Of a stretch of DNA of 39,612 nucleotides, positions 1 through 9,566 are shown in pieces. The notes beneath the pieces were generated by a model that was not told where the DNA came from, did no database searches, and saw nothing but the letters and a program-made list of their open reading frames with translations. The number at the start of each line of letters is the position of its first letter. Position 1 is the first letter of the stretch. The stretch is from positions 1 through 39,612 of the IMG/VR virus record IMGVR_UViG_3300022897_000007. The stretch is one strand, 5' to 3'. The DNA is from a virus (Duplodnaviria; Caudoviricetes). A program made the translations under genes and the position numbers.

Positions 1-5
1 CGCAT

Positions 6-131
6 GAGGCGGGGGTCTCGCGTCAAGAACCCTTGTCGTTCTACCCAGGTCAGGCAGGAACACAGCCGAGACTACCGCAGCCGCTCCACCGACTCCACCG
101 ACACCGGCTTGTTCTCCACCGCCCACACCGA
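6..131. repeat. Terminal direct repeat (copy 1) = 39487-39612; circular-assembly overlap
   Basis: 126 nt identical at both ends (GAGGCGGGGGTCTC...CCCACACCGA), offset 39481. Confidence 0.95.
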
Positions 132-299
132 CCTCACCGTCGCGAGCAACGTAGCCAGCGCCGTCACGGCCAGCCCGACCTCGCCGACATCCAGGCCGTT
201 GTCCTCGAACGCCACACCCATCGTCGCCGCGAACGTAGCCACCGCCGTTGCCGTACCGCCAACCAGCGCGGCCCACATCTTCGCCTTACCCAGCCTCAT
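72..299 (-). CDS. Holin-like two-TM membrane protein
   Basis: 75 aa, two hydrophobic segments, ATGA overlap with endolysin stop. Confidence 0.7.
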   Translation of the reverse strand: MRLGKAKMWAALVGGTATAVATFAATMGVAFEDNGLDVGEVGLAVTALATLLATVRSVWAVENKPVSVESVERLR

Positions 300-1045
300 C
301 CTTGCCCTCCCGTCGGGTTGTCGAGCGAACCGAGCAGCTCACGCATGCCCTGCTTGGACGCTGACGTCATACCCGCCAACAGCTGCTGCATCTGCTCGGT
401 GGTCAGGTCCACCTCGACACCGTTGTCCGCGATCGCGGCCATCACGGCAGCCTGGTTGTTGCTGACCGTGCCGGCCAGTGCGTCGGTCTTGGCTTCGGCG
501 CGCAACGCCGCGCCCTTGGTCTGCCACAGCGTCTCGGCGAGCGGCTCACTGTGGGTCGAGGGGCCGCCCTTGTACAGGCCCTCATAGATTGCCACCAGCA
601 TGTTGCGTTCGTCGGCTTGCATGTCCACCTCCGGTTGTCTCTGGGCAGTGATACCCGCCCATGGTGTCGCGGTGTCGTTGGCCGGGCTGGCCACCACCGA
701 CAGGTGCAGGTGGTGAGTGTGCGCGTTGCTGCCGGTGTAGGCGCGCCAGCCCACGCCCGGTGTCCAGATCCGCCGGTTCCAGATGATGTACTTGATCCGC
801 GGATCCCGGTTGGTGACCAGCGTGTCCGCTAACCACTGGCAGTCCAGGCCACCGCCCGGGTCGTGAGTGAAGTCCCTCGCGGTGACCACGCCACCGCCGG
901 GTGGCGGGTACCACGGGTTGTGGTCGCTGTTGCGGTTCTGGTGATCAGCGTCGCCGATCCACCCATCCGATGCCTTGTTCCGGCCCGGCGCCCGGTTGTT
1001 GAGCTGGTTGAGCAGGACGTTCAGTGCGTTCGCCGCACGAGCCAC
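296..1045 (-). CDS. Endolysin, Zn-peptidase (LAS/M15-like) domain plus helical C-terminus
   Basis: SDGWIGDADH..SDHNP..ARDFT..KYIIWNRRIW..HTHHLHLSV motifs; GTG start at 1045 after GAAAGAAGG RBS. Confidence 0.8.
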   Translation of the reverse strand: MARAANALNVLLNQLNNRAPGRNKASDGWIGDADHQNRNSDHNPWYPPPGGGVVTARDFTHDPGGGLDCQWLADTLVTNRDPRIKYIIWNRRIWTPGVGWRAYTGSNAHTHHLHLSVVASPANDTATPWAGITAQRQPEVDMQADERNMLVAIYEGLYKGGPSTHSEPLAETLWQTKGAALRAEAKTDALAGTVSNNQAAVMAAIADNGVEVDLTTEQMQQLLAGMTSASKQGMRELLGSLDNPTGGQG

Positions 1046-1061
1046 CGCGCACCTTCTTTCG

Positions 1062-1403
1062 CTATGCCGCTGTGTCGTCCTCGTCATCCCATAACGGCGG
1101 CGGGTCAGGTAGTTCGATCCCGTGCTGTTGGATCACGTGCACAGCGGTCTGGTCCCAGCGGGAATGCCGCCGCATCCGCTTCTCCGCACCCTCGATCCAC
1201 GTCTCGAGCGCGTCCACCCGGTCCAGCAGCTTGTTGTAGCTGGTCGAGTTCGCCGTGACGATCCCGGCGCCGGCCGTGAGCGCGGCGGCCGCGCCGTCCC
1301 GGTCCATCTTCCGCGCCTCGGGTTTGGCTTTGAGCGCGAGAACGAGCGAACCGGCCGCGCTCGCGAAGACGCCGCCGATGACCACCCAGTCAGGGAGTGC
1401 CAC
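1062..1403 (-). CDS. Lysis-cassette membrane protein (N-terminal TM, coiled coil)
   Basis: VALPDWVVIGGVFASAAGSLVLAL TM, LLDRVDALETWIE coil; just upstream of endolysin. Confidence 0.65.
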   Translation of the reverse strand: MALPDWVVIGGVFASAAGSLVLALKAKPEARKMDRDGAAAALTAGAGIVTANSTSYNKLLDRVDALETWIEGAEKRMRRHSRWDQTAVHVIQQHGIELPDPPPLWDDEDDTAA

Positions 1404-1788
1404 TTTTCGCCCCCCGTCTGCGTACCCATTCAATCTGTGCTGCTCGCAGAATAGACCCGGCGCCTAGGAATGTGAGCAATCCTCCGAACGCTGTGGCGCG
1501 TTCACCGAATAGGGACCAGGCCCAGACGGCGTAGGTAACGAAGAGGGTGCCGACGCCGAATTGGCCGGCCTGTTCGAGCAGGACACCGTACCAACTGTCA
1601 TGTCGGACTATTCCGGCCAGTGACAGTACTGAGGTGACAAGCAACATCCATAGGAATAGGTGACCGAACGGCGCCGGGTAGCCACGGATGGTTTGTCCTG
1701 CTGCCTTGTCGAACGCGAACAGGGCACGGACAGACCACACCACGCAATAGGCCAGAAACAACACCGCAAGCGGATGCGTTCGCGACAT
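1390..1788 (-). CDS. Four-TM membrane protein (holin-like/accessory lysis)
   Basis: Four hydrophobic segments; ATG at 1788 with purine-rich RBS; visibly lower GC than flanks. Confidence 0.65.
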   Translation of the reverse strand: MSRTHPLAVLFLAYCVVWSVRALFAFDKAAGQTIRGYPAPFGHLFLWMLLVTSVLSLAGIVRHDSWYGVLLEQAGQFGVGTLFVTYAVWAWSLFGERATAFGGLLTFLGAGSILRAAQIEWVRRRGAKSGTP

Positions 1789-1810
1789 TCCCCGCCACCC
1801 TTCTTTCACG

Positions 1811-2140
1811 TTAACGGGTCGCCACAATGGTGATGATCACCCCGGCCACCGTCGCCAACGCCAGGATGACCGTGATCGTCCTCGACACCGGCGACCACTT
1901 CTGCTCACCCTGAGCACGACGTGCCTCCTCAGCGTCCTTCAACGCCGCCGCCGTGGTCAACACGGTCGCGTCCCGGCTCACCGCCTGATCGGCCAGCCGC
2001 TGCACCTGCAACGCCACCTCGGCCAGCCGGTCCGCGAGACGATCGATCGACCCGTTGATCGTCTTGAAATGCCGGTCATGGTGATCCAGCCGTTCCAAGA
2101 TTTTCCCGGCCGCCACACCCTCGTCGTAGTCGCTGGCCAT
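1811..2140 (-). CDS. Coiled-coil protein with C-terminal TM anchor (lysis-associated)
   Basis: INGSIDRLADRLAEVALQVQRL coil; TITVILALATVAGVIITIV C-terminal TM. Confidence 0.65.
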   Translation of the reverse strand: MASDYDEGVAAGKILERLDHHDRHFKTINGSIDRLADRLAEVALQVQRLADQAVSRDATVLTTAAALKDAEEARRAQGEQKWSPVSRTITVILALATVAGVIITIVATR

Positions 2141-2155
2141 AACCGACCCCCCGAA

Positions 2156-2629
2156 TCAGGCAACACGCTTCACCGTAATCCGGTTAATCGAATACGACGC
2201 GTCACCATCCAGATTGTGCGTACCCGCACCCAACGCGATCCACCCCACCGCCGCGACCCCGTACGTCCCCGCCACCGACGCCGTGAACGTCCCCACACAG
2301 TTCAGCTGATACACGCCCGCCGCCTCACCGCCACGCGTGAACGACCCCTCGATCTGCGTGTCCGTCGCGACCGCCGCACCGCCCTGCTTGTACACCAGCC
2401 CCAACACCGCATACCCCGCAGCAGACACCGCCACCGACGCCTTCGCCCGCACCTCGTACTTCGCCGCCGCCCGCGCCGTGAACGTCCCCGCCAAGTTCGT
2501 CAACACCTTCGTCGCGCTGTTCCACGTCGACGAATCCGTCGTCGCCGTGAAGTCCAGCAGCATCTTCCCGATCTCCGCCGCGCTCTCCATATCGCTCGCG
2601 GTCACGATCTGCCCCGCCAGAAAAGCCAC
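2156..2629 (-). CDS. Minor tail / receptor-binding-type protein
   Basis: MAFLAGQIVTASDM N-terminus typical of actinophage minor tail proteins; beta-rich body; follows large tail gene. Confidence 0.65.
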   Translation of the reverse strand: MAFLAGQIVTASDMESAAEIGKMLLDFTATTDSSTWNSATKVLTNLAGTFTARAAAKYEVRAKASVAVSAAGYAVLGLVYKQGGAAVATDTQIEGSFTRGGEAAGVYQLNCVGTFTASVAGTYGVAAVGWIALGAGTHNLDGDASYSINRITVKRVA

Positions 2630-2648
2630 AACTCACCAACTCCTCTCG

Positions 2649-5600
2649 CTACAGGGCCCACCGGCTCGGCCGGTCAAGACGAACCGAACTACCAGCCGCG
2701 TGCGACTTCACCACACCATTCACCGAACGCGTCACCGTGAACTTCTGCCAGTTCCCCAGCAGCACCGACATACCCCGTGAGAACGCCGCCGCGCCACCCG
2801 TCACCACGAACGACCCGAACGCGTTCGCCACCTCACCCGTCACCGCCTTGTAATCCCACACCAGACCCTGATCATTGCCCAGCGTGGACGACGGCTCACC
2901 GATCTCGGTGTACCCCGACAAGGCAGCGACGCTGGTCCAGTCGTCCTGCTTCCACCCCGCCGTGATCAGCATCCCGCTCGAGATCAGCCCATACAGCGAC
3001 GGGTAGTACACGTTCTGGGCCGAGGCGTTGAACTCCTGCGTTGAGGTGCGCAGCAGCTGAGGGCAGTTCCGCAGCGCGATCATCTGCGCCTGCACCGTGT
3101 CCCCGGCCGCGTGCGTCCCGCCGATCACGATCGTCGGCCCGGCCGGTTCCGTCACCCCGTGCACTTTCCAGAACCAGGTGATGTTCGCCAGCGTCAGCAT
3201 CGGCGTCCAGCCCGATGACGCGGTCGACAGGCTGTTGTTGCTCAGGTCCCGGCCCGCCGCCAACACGATCAGCAGATCGCCCTGCGCCGCGCCCGCCGGC
3301 AGGCCGGGGGTGACGTTCGCGTTGTCGGCCGCGACCGCTGTCCCGGCGGCCACGAACGACGGTGTCACCGTCGTGATCCCGGTGACGGTCATGACCTCGC
3401 CGCCGACCCGGATGTCGAACGGGAAGTGCGTGGCGTGCGTCGCGGTGTCGATCCACAACGTCTGGTCGCTGCCCTTGACCGTGAACGTCGTCTGGGTCGC
3501 GTCGACCGCCAGCTCCAAAGTGGACGTCGACGAATCCACCCGCGCCCGGGTCGCCGAGGACAGGTCATCCGCCGCCGGGACGAACGCGTCGAACGGCGCG
3601 GCCGGTTCGCCGATCAGCTCGAACGTGTGCATGAACTGGTTGAGCCGTTCCCGGTAGCCCACGATCCGTTGCCGCACGGTCCCGAACTGGTACACCGCCT
3701 CAGCGCCGGTCACTGCGTACACGTCACCCGGGCGCATGTCCAGCAGCGCCAGCCCGATCGTCGGATCCGCCAGCACCGGGGGCGCGGCGAGGTTGACCAC
3801 CGCGGCGGGGAACCGTGGGTCTTCGACTGTGCCTAGCGCTACCCGGAACGCCGCCATCTGCAACAGGCCGGTGTCGTTGCGGGCGTTCACCGTGACACTG
3901 CCGCCGGGGTACACCCCGACTCCGCCCTTCCCGGGCGGCAGGGTGCTTTTCCGGCCGGTGGTGAGCTCGTAGGTCGCTTCGCTGCCGCCGTCGCGTTTCA
4001 CCGTGACCTTGTTGCGGATGTCCCGGTCGTTGATGATTGGTTTCCATGGGCGAGTCAACTGATGCCCTGAATAGGACAGCGTCAGGATCGCGTCCTGCAC
4101 GTACATCGCGTTCCTGCTCCGGTACATCACCCCCTGGTGGGTGCGGCCGTCATACCAGGCACCGGCCACATCCAGGTCCACCGGTTCCCGGACCAGGTCG
4201 AGCAGGTTCCCGGTGCGTTGCGGACCCATCGTGTAGTTGTCCATATCCGCGTCGATGGTGGACAGCGATATTCCGTTCTCCTCCAACAACCGGTCGAGGC
4301 GGCCGATGATGGTGTCACCGTCATAGGCCAGCAACGGGTCCAGCAGCTCGAAAATGCTGGTGACCCGGTCCTGGACGTAGGCGTGCCCGAACACCGGCGT
4401 GTCCATCAGGTTCAGGTTGAACCACACCCGCTTGACCGTCGTGACCTGCACACTGGGCGCGGTGCCGGACAGGAATGTGCCGCCGTTGAAGTCGGTGATG
4501 TTGACCTGCGAGATGTTCCAGTCGACGTTCGCGCCGTTGTTCGTGAGGTCCACCGAGATCCGGTGCGCGGAGTCGTCATCCAGGTTGCAGTTGAACACCA
4601 GCGACTGATAGACGAACGCCGTCTCGCTGTTCCAGGCCTGCAGCATCAGGTCCCCGCCCGTGCGGTACACCAGCTGCCACAGCTTCGCCGACGGATGATC
4701 GGTGTACCAGCGCGCGATGATCGAAAAGTCCACCTGGCCAGCGGTCGGCAGCCGCATCACAAACCGGAACTGCACCACCCCGGTGTCGGTGTAGGCCGGC
4801 ACCAGCCCGGACCAGTCCGACAGGTTCGCGGTCGGCAACGCGGCCGATCCGTCGATGTCGTCATACTCCGCATACCCCGGTGTCCCCGACAGCGGCACCA
4901 TCGGCGGATGCTCCGGCAGGCCAGCCGCGAACTGGGTGGACCCTGCGGCGTCTTCCATCGGGCAGTACCACACCAGGCCTTCAGCGGCGGGGATCGAACG
5001 CCGCAGCGCGGACTGGACCGGCAGCTCGCCCTGCATCATGCGCCGGGAACTGCCCGCCGCGGTGACCGGCAGCAAGATGATGTTCGCGGTCTCGTCGACG
5101 ACGTCCATGTCGAGCTCGGCGACCTCACCGAAGAACCGGATCGACCGCACCATGTAGTTGTCGTAACTGACGACCACCGGTTTGGTGTTCGAGTTCCCGC
5201 TCGCCACACCGGTGCGCCACCCGATGGCGCCCTTCGGCTGGTTCTCGATGAACCCCATGCCGTCGGGCGCGTCATTGACGTTCCAGTCCAACGGTTCGGG
5301 GTCGTCACGGTTCCACACTTTGGCTTGCAGTCGGTCGGCTTCCACGTTGCCTTTGACCCGCAGCCATTGCCCGGTGTTGGTGACCGTAGCGGTGGCGATG
5401 TCGGTGACCTGGAATTCGCTGCCGCTGGCGAGGATCCGCCGGTAGTGCAGCGTGATGGTGTCGTTGGTTTCGACCGTGACCCGCAACAGCAGATGCTCGG
5501 TCGCGGTCCACCGGAAGATCAGGTTCGCGGGCTCTATCGCGCCACCGGCGACGTCCGAGGTGGGCAGCTGAAAGTCGAGGGACTGCTCGACATCACGCAG

Positions 5601-6059
5601 CGACACCCCCGCCAGGATCGAGGTGCGATACGAGGACGCGACCGGCACCGAATGTGTGGCCACCCCGCTGGCCTGTTGGAAGTTCGCGGCTGCGACGGTG
5701 CCGCCGCTGCCGCTGTTGGTGGCGGTGAGGCTGCCCATGGTGCCGGTGATCGGGCCGATCCCGTTGACGACCGTGTCAGCGAAGTCGTAGTCGAGCAGCC
5801 GCACCGCTACCCGGATCGGCACGTTCTGATCCAGTGACCCGTAGTAGGCCGAGGTCGGGTTGTCCGGCCACAGCAGACCGTCGGTGCAGTCCCACACCAT
5901 CTGGCACTCGGACGGCTCGGGGATGCCGCCGGAGATACCGCGGTTGCCGTGCTGGAGCTCGATGGTGTGGGTGCCGTCGGGGTTCTGGACTTTGTCGGTG
6001 ATGTCGCGCCACCCGGCAGCGGCGTAGATCTCGACATCCGGCACGATGTTGAGGCTCAT
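2649..6059 (-). CDS. Large minor tail protein (tail tip/hub with lectin-like domains)
   Basis: 1136 aa directly after tape measure; WRDIT N-terminus, ConA/LamG-like segments (AKVWNRDDPEPLDW, WYCPMED), RNKVTVKR hub motif, VTRSVNGVVKSH C-terminus. Confidence 0.8.
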   Translation of the reverse strand: MSLNIVPDVEIYAAAGWRDITDKVQNPDGTHTIELQHGNRGISGGIPEPSECQMVWDCTDGLLWPDNPTSAYYGSLDQNVPIRVAVRLLDYDFADTVVNGIGPITGTMGSLTATNSGSGGTVAAANFQQASGVATHSVPVASSYRTSILAGVSLRDVEQSLDFQLPTSDVAGGAIEPANLIFRWTATEHLLLRVTVETNDTITLHYRRILASGSEFQVTDIATATVTNTGQWLRVKGNVEADRLQAKVWNRDDPEPLDWNVNDAPDGMGFIENQPKGAIGWRTGVASGNSNTKPVVVSYDNYMVRSIRFFGEVAELDMDVVDETANIILLPVTAAGSSRRMMQGELPVQSALRRSIPAAEGLVWYCPMEDAAGSTQFAAGLPEHPPMVPLSGTPGYAEYDDIDGSAALPTANLSDWSGLVPAYTDTGVVQFRFVMRLPTAGQVDFSIIARWYTDHPSAKLWQLVYRTGGDLMLQAWNSETAFVYQSLVFNCNLDDDSAHRISVDLTNNGANVDWNISQVNITDFNGGTFLSGTAPSVQVTTVKRVWFNLNLMDTPVFGHAYVQDRVTSIFELLDPLLAYDGDTIIGRLDRLLEENGISLSTIDADMDNYTMGPQRTGNLLDLVREPVDLDVAGAWYDGRTHQGVMYRSRNAMYVQDAILTLSYSGHQLTRPWKPIINDRDIRNKVTVKRDGGSEATYELTTGRKSTLPPGKGGVGVYPGGSVTVNARNDTGLLQMAAFRVALGTVEDPRFPAAVVNLAAPPVLADPTIGLALLDMRPGDVYAVTGAEAVYQFGTVRQRIVGYRERLNQFMHTFELIGEPAAPFDAFVPAADDLSSATRARVDSSTSTLELAVDATQTTFTVKGSDQTLWIDTATHATHFPFDIRVGGEVMTVTGITTVTPSFVAAGTAVAADNANVTPGLPAGAAQGDLLIVLAAGRDLSNNSLSTASSGWTPMLTLANITWFWKVHGVTEPAGPTIVIGGTHAAGDTVQAQMIALRNCPQLLRTSTQEFNASAQNVYYPSLYGLISSGMLITAGWKQDDWTSVAALSGYTEIGEPSSTLGNDQGLVWDYKAVTGEVANAFGSFVVTGGAAAFSRGMSVLLGNWQKFTVTRSVNGVVKSHAAGSSVRLDRPSRWAL

Positions 6060-8170
6060 GCCGTGCCCCGCAGTAGGCGGGTGATGTCGCCGCCGGCTTT
6101 GCTGCGTGCTTGCTCGCGTAGGACGTCGACGGTGGCGGTGCCGAGGGTGCGGCGGTCGAGCACGAGGTTGATGACGATCGGCCCGCCACCGACACCGCCG
6201 CCACCGCCTGCGGCGGCGGCCGCGATCATCGCGGACTGCCCGGCCGGGACCACGGTCTGCCCGCCCACAGCGTCGATCAGCGCTCCGCGCTGGGTGCGCA
6301 TCAGCTCGGGGCCTTGTTCGTTGACGCGGGTCAGGCCGCCGCGCGGGCCGCCTTCTGCGGCGTGCCCGACCACCGCGCCACCCGCCGCGTTCGCGCCACG
6401 CAACGCGCCAGTCAACGAGTTCAACGACCCGGTGCCCGGGCCACGCACCACGGTATCCATGTAATAGGTGAAGAACTTCTGTGTCGGCAGGCTGTTCACC
6501 GAGTTCCGCACACCTGTCAGGTCCGAGATGACCCGACCGGAGTTGGTGTCGATCACGATCTGCTTACCGCCCGGCAACGTCAGCACGGTGCGGCCGAGGT
6601 TGTCCATCGTGCGGGTCACGCCCAGCGCGGCCAGTTGCGAATCGGACATTTTTTTGACCAGGTCCACGAACGCGGGGCTGGCGTAACCGCCGACCGAATC
6701 GGCCAGCTCCTGGAACTTGCGGCTGGTGCCGTCCAGGCTGACGCCGTAGTAGAAGACGGAGTCGGTGGCGAGCGCGACCTGGTCACTGAACCCGAGGGTG
6801 GACATCAGCGCGTCGTTCTCAGCCTCAGCGAACTGGTCACGATGGTTGATCTGGGTCGCCATGGCTTCACCGAAATCGGTGGTGAACTGGTCCCATGCCC
6901 GAGACATCTTCTCGGTCTCGGTGATCGTGCCGGTCGAGAGACCCTCGGTCGCGCCCTTGAAGTCCTCGACCTTGCCCTTCGCGATGTCCGTCTTATCGAT
7001 CACCCGACCGAACGTGTCCTCCCACTGGGTGCCGAACAACGCCACACCGATCTCATTCTTTTTGATCGGGTCCTTAATGCCCTGCAATTTGTCGATGATT
7101 TTCCCGATGGCCTCTTGCGCTTGCGGCCCGCCCTGTGCGATCTGCTCGGGGATTTTCTTGGCGTTCAACCCGAGATCCTTCAAAGCGGTCTTCGTCAATT
7201 CCGAACCGTCAATGATCCGGATACCGAATTCTTTCCACGCGTCCGCGATGTAGTCCGTGTCCCTCGCCCCGGCCTGCAACCCATCCTGGATCATCTTCAA
7301 CGCCTGCGGGCCAGTGAAACCCAGCTGCTCGAAATACCCGGCGTACTCAGTGAGCGTGTCCAGCGCGTCATCAGCACGCGACCCCAGCGTCTGGTACCCG
7401 CCGGTGATCAGATCGAACGCGGCCTCGAACGACGGTGACAGGCCGTTGGACACCATGCTGGACGCCGCCCGGATCGGCTCCTGCACGTCGGTCTTGAACG
7501 CGCTCGAGATCTTCACCGCGCCCCGCACAATCCGGTCCTGCTGCTCGACCGTCAGGTTCCCCCAGCCCTTTACGTCGGACGAGAGGCTGCCGAACGCGCC
7601 GGTGATCTGCTCTTTGCTGTCACCGATCCCGGACCAGAACATGTGCCCGATGCGGTCGCCGTACGCTTTGGCGGCCTCGGGTGACACGCCCATCATGTTC
7701 TGGATGTCGGCGGCCACGTGCTGCTTCTCGCCCGCGCGGGCGAACACGTCACTGATCAGGGTGGTGGCCGCGTCCATCAGGCCGCCGCCCATCAGGCCAC
7801 CGGTGAACCCGCCGGCGAACGCGCCGGCACCGGTCTTGCCCGCGTCTTTGAATTTCCCCCACCCGCCGCTGTCCTCGAACTCGGCCTTGACCGAGACCTT
7901 GACGTCTTTCGGTTTCGTATTCGAGACCTTGTCGATAACGGCGGACGCGTCATCTTTAGCCGTGACCTTGGCTTCTTTGTCGTCGACCTTTTTCTTGTCG
8001 ACCTTATCCACCACCGCAGTCGCGTCATCCTTGACGGTGACCTTGACTGTTTTCGTGTCGGGGATTTTCTCGACAGCGACCCTGAGTTTCTGGACATCAC
8101 TCAGCGCGGACTTGAGCGGCGCCGAGGCCTTGTTCTGTCCAGTGACGACGATCTTTACTTCGTTGGCCAC
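6056..8170 (-). CDS. Tape measure protein
   Basis: 704 aa helical; DALDTLTEY, DAWKEFGIR, GVALFGTQWED and AEGG..VNEQGPEL motifs typical of TMPs; short KV-rich tandem repeat at N-terminus. Confidence 0.9.
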   Translation of the reverse strand: MANEVKIVVTGQNKASAPLKSALSDVQKLRVAVEKIPDTKTVKVTVKDDATAVVDKVDKKKVDDKEAKVTAKDDASAVIDKVSNTKPKDVKVSVKAEFEDSGGWGKFKDAGKTGAGAFAGGFTGGLMGGGLMDAATTLISDVFARAGEKQHVAADIQNMMGVSPEAAKAYGDRIGHMFWSGIGDSKEQITGAFGSLSSDVKGWGNLTVEQQDRIVRGAVKISSAFKTDVQEPIRAASSMVSNGLSPSFEAAFDLITGGYQTLGSRADDALDTLTEYAGYFEQLGFTGPQALKMIQDGLQAGARDTDYIADAWKEFGIRIIDGSELTKTALKDLGLNAKKIPEQIAQGGPQAQEAIGKIIDKLQGIKDPIKKNEIGVALFGTQWEDTFGRVIDKTDIAKGKVEDFKGATEGLSTGTITETEKMSRAWDQFTTDFGEAMATQINHRDQFAEAENDALMSTLGFSDQVALATDSVFYYGVSLDGTSRKFQELADSVGGYASPAFVDLVKKMSDSQLAALGVTRTMDNLGRTVLTLPGGKQIVIDTNSGRVISDLTGVRNSVNSLPTQKFFTYYMDTVVRGPGTGSLNSLTGALRGANAAGGAVVGHAAEGGPRGGLTRVNEQGPELMRTQRGALIDAVGGQTVVPAGQSAMIAAAAAGGGGGVGGGPIVINLVLDRRTLGTATVDVLREQARSKAGGDITRLLRGTA

Positions 8171-8189
8171 CGTCTCACCCCCTTCATAC

Positions 8190-8681
8190 CTAGACCGGCT
8201 CCAGCACCTGAGCCGGCTCGGCGGCCGGTTCGGTCACCAGCTGCTCGCCCTCGCCCGGCTTGGTCAACGTCCGGGCCTCCAACGCCGCCATGAACGCCTC
8301 ATCCGGGTCCGGCAGCGCAACGTCCTCGACCACCGGCTCAGGCGCCTCAACAGCAGCGGTAGGCGGCTGGGACACGACCGTCATCCACTGCCGCAACATC
8401 GGCAACAGTGTGTCGTCCCGGTCCAGCGACAACACACCCTCAGCCGTCAACGGCACCACCGCCCCGGACTGGCGGCGGATGTTCCACCACGCCACGTGCT
8501 GGACGAACACCACCGCCAGGCGCCCGACGTCTTTGGCGCGGATCGGCCGGCCGGACTGGACGCGCTGCTCGAACCGCTCGACCGCGATCTTCGCGGCCAG
8601 TGTGCTGGTCGAGCACCTCACCACCAGCCCGGTGCTCTCCCATTCCAGGATCGCGCGGGCCGGCTCATCGGTGAACGCCAT
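8190..8681 (-). CDS. Probable tail assembly chaperone
   Basis: Between tail tube and TMP; VAWWNI..VPLTAEGV motif; acidic C-terminus. Confidence 0.6.
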   Translation of the reverse strand: MAFTDEPARAILEWESTGLVVRCSTSTLAAKIAVERFEQRVQSGRPIRAKDVGRLAVVFVQHVAWWNIRRQSGAVVPLTAEGVLSLDRDDTLLPMLRQWMTVVSQPPTAAVEAPEPVVEDVALPDPDEAFMAALEARTLTKPGEGEQLVTEPAAEPAQVLEPV

Positions 8682-8684
8682 GGC

Positions 8685-9092
8685 TCAGGTCCAGGTCGGT
8701 ACTGTGCCGTCGGCCAGCACCATGGGCGCGGTCCACGTGAACTCACCCGACTGCGGACGCTGCAGCTGGAAGTCCGTCACCAGAACCTCGTTGGTGAGGG
8801 TCTGCCCGGACACCACCAGCGTGCAGGTGCGGTGCGTGTTCGAGGTCGACACCGACGACAGCACCGCGAACGCGTGGTCGGCGGCGTCGTTGAACCCGCC
8901 GGACGGCTCACAGGTGAAGTCGGCGAGCAGGTACTCACGCGCGTAGGCGGACATGCCCAGCGTGGTGATGTCCCAGACTCCGCGCGGGGTGGCGAAGTTC
9001 AACGCGAACGTGTCGTCTCGCAGCGCTTTCAGCGAACCCGCCGCGTTGTCGACGCTGAACGTTGTCCATCCGAGACCAGACTCAATGGCCAT
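8685..9092 (-). CDS. Tail tube-like protein (paralogue B)
   Basis: 135 aa; TPRGVWDITTLG..REYLLADF..GGFN..GEFTW pattern of siphovirus tube proteins. Confidence 0.7.
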   Translation of the reverse strand: MAIESGLGWTTFSVDNAAGSLKALRDDTFALNFATPRGVWDITTLGMSAYAREYLLADFTCEPSGGFNDAADHAFAVLSSVSTSNTHRTCTLVVSGQTLTNEVLVTDFQLQRPQSGEFTWTAPMVLADGTVPTWT

Positions 9093-9095
9093 GGC

Positions 9096-9566
9096 TCATC
9101 CGCCCTTTCGTGCCTTGTCGGTAGCGACCTTGTCTTGGTTGGTCGCGAAGTCGTCGACCCAATCCCGCGCGCCGTTCCCGGCGCCGGTGTGCTGCTGCAA
9201 CTGGAACCCAGTCGAGACATCCCGGACCGCGAAGATGTCCGGCCGGTCCGTCTTGATCACGTGCTGCCGGTGCTCCGGCCCGAATGGCCGAGGCTGGAAC
9301 GGCGGGAACCGGAACACCGTGATCGACTCTTCCGTCCGCCACTCGCTGTACTGGTTGCCGTGCGAACGACCCCGGATCCACGCGGCCAGCTCAGCACCGT
9401 TCGACGTGGACTCATCCAGGTGCGTCTCCCACCCGGACGCGAACGCCCGGCACTGCACCTCGGCGCAGGTCGCCGGCCGGAAATGCGTCGCCCGCGGCGA
9501 GAGAATCACGTAGTTCTTGAACGCCGGCGGCAGAGCACGCTGATGCATCGGAGGTACGTAGGTCAC
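9096..9566 (-). CDS. Hypothetical tail-region protein
   Basis: In operon; overlaps the upstream gene stop; RPATCAEVQC motif. Confidence 0.6.
   Translation of the reverse strand: MTYVPPMHQRALPPAFKNYVILSPRATHFRPATCAEVQCRAFASGWETHLDESTSNGAELAAWIRGRSHGNQYSEWRTEESITVFRFPPFQPRPFGPEHRQHVIKTDRPDIFAVRDVSTGFQLQQHTGAGNGARDWVDDFATNQDKVATDKARKGG

Noticed and set aside
6-131. Physical direct terminal repeat of the virion DNA
   Set aside because: 126-bp overlap cuts through the holin gene and is k-mer sized; better explained as assembly circularisation
2156-6059. Diversity-generating retroelement or invertible tail-fibre cassette
   Set aside because: No reverse transcriptase or invertase, and no template/variable repeat pair seen
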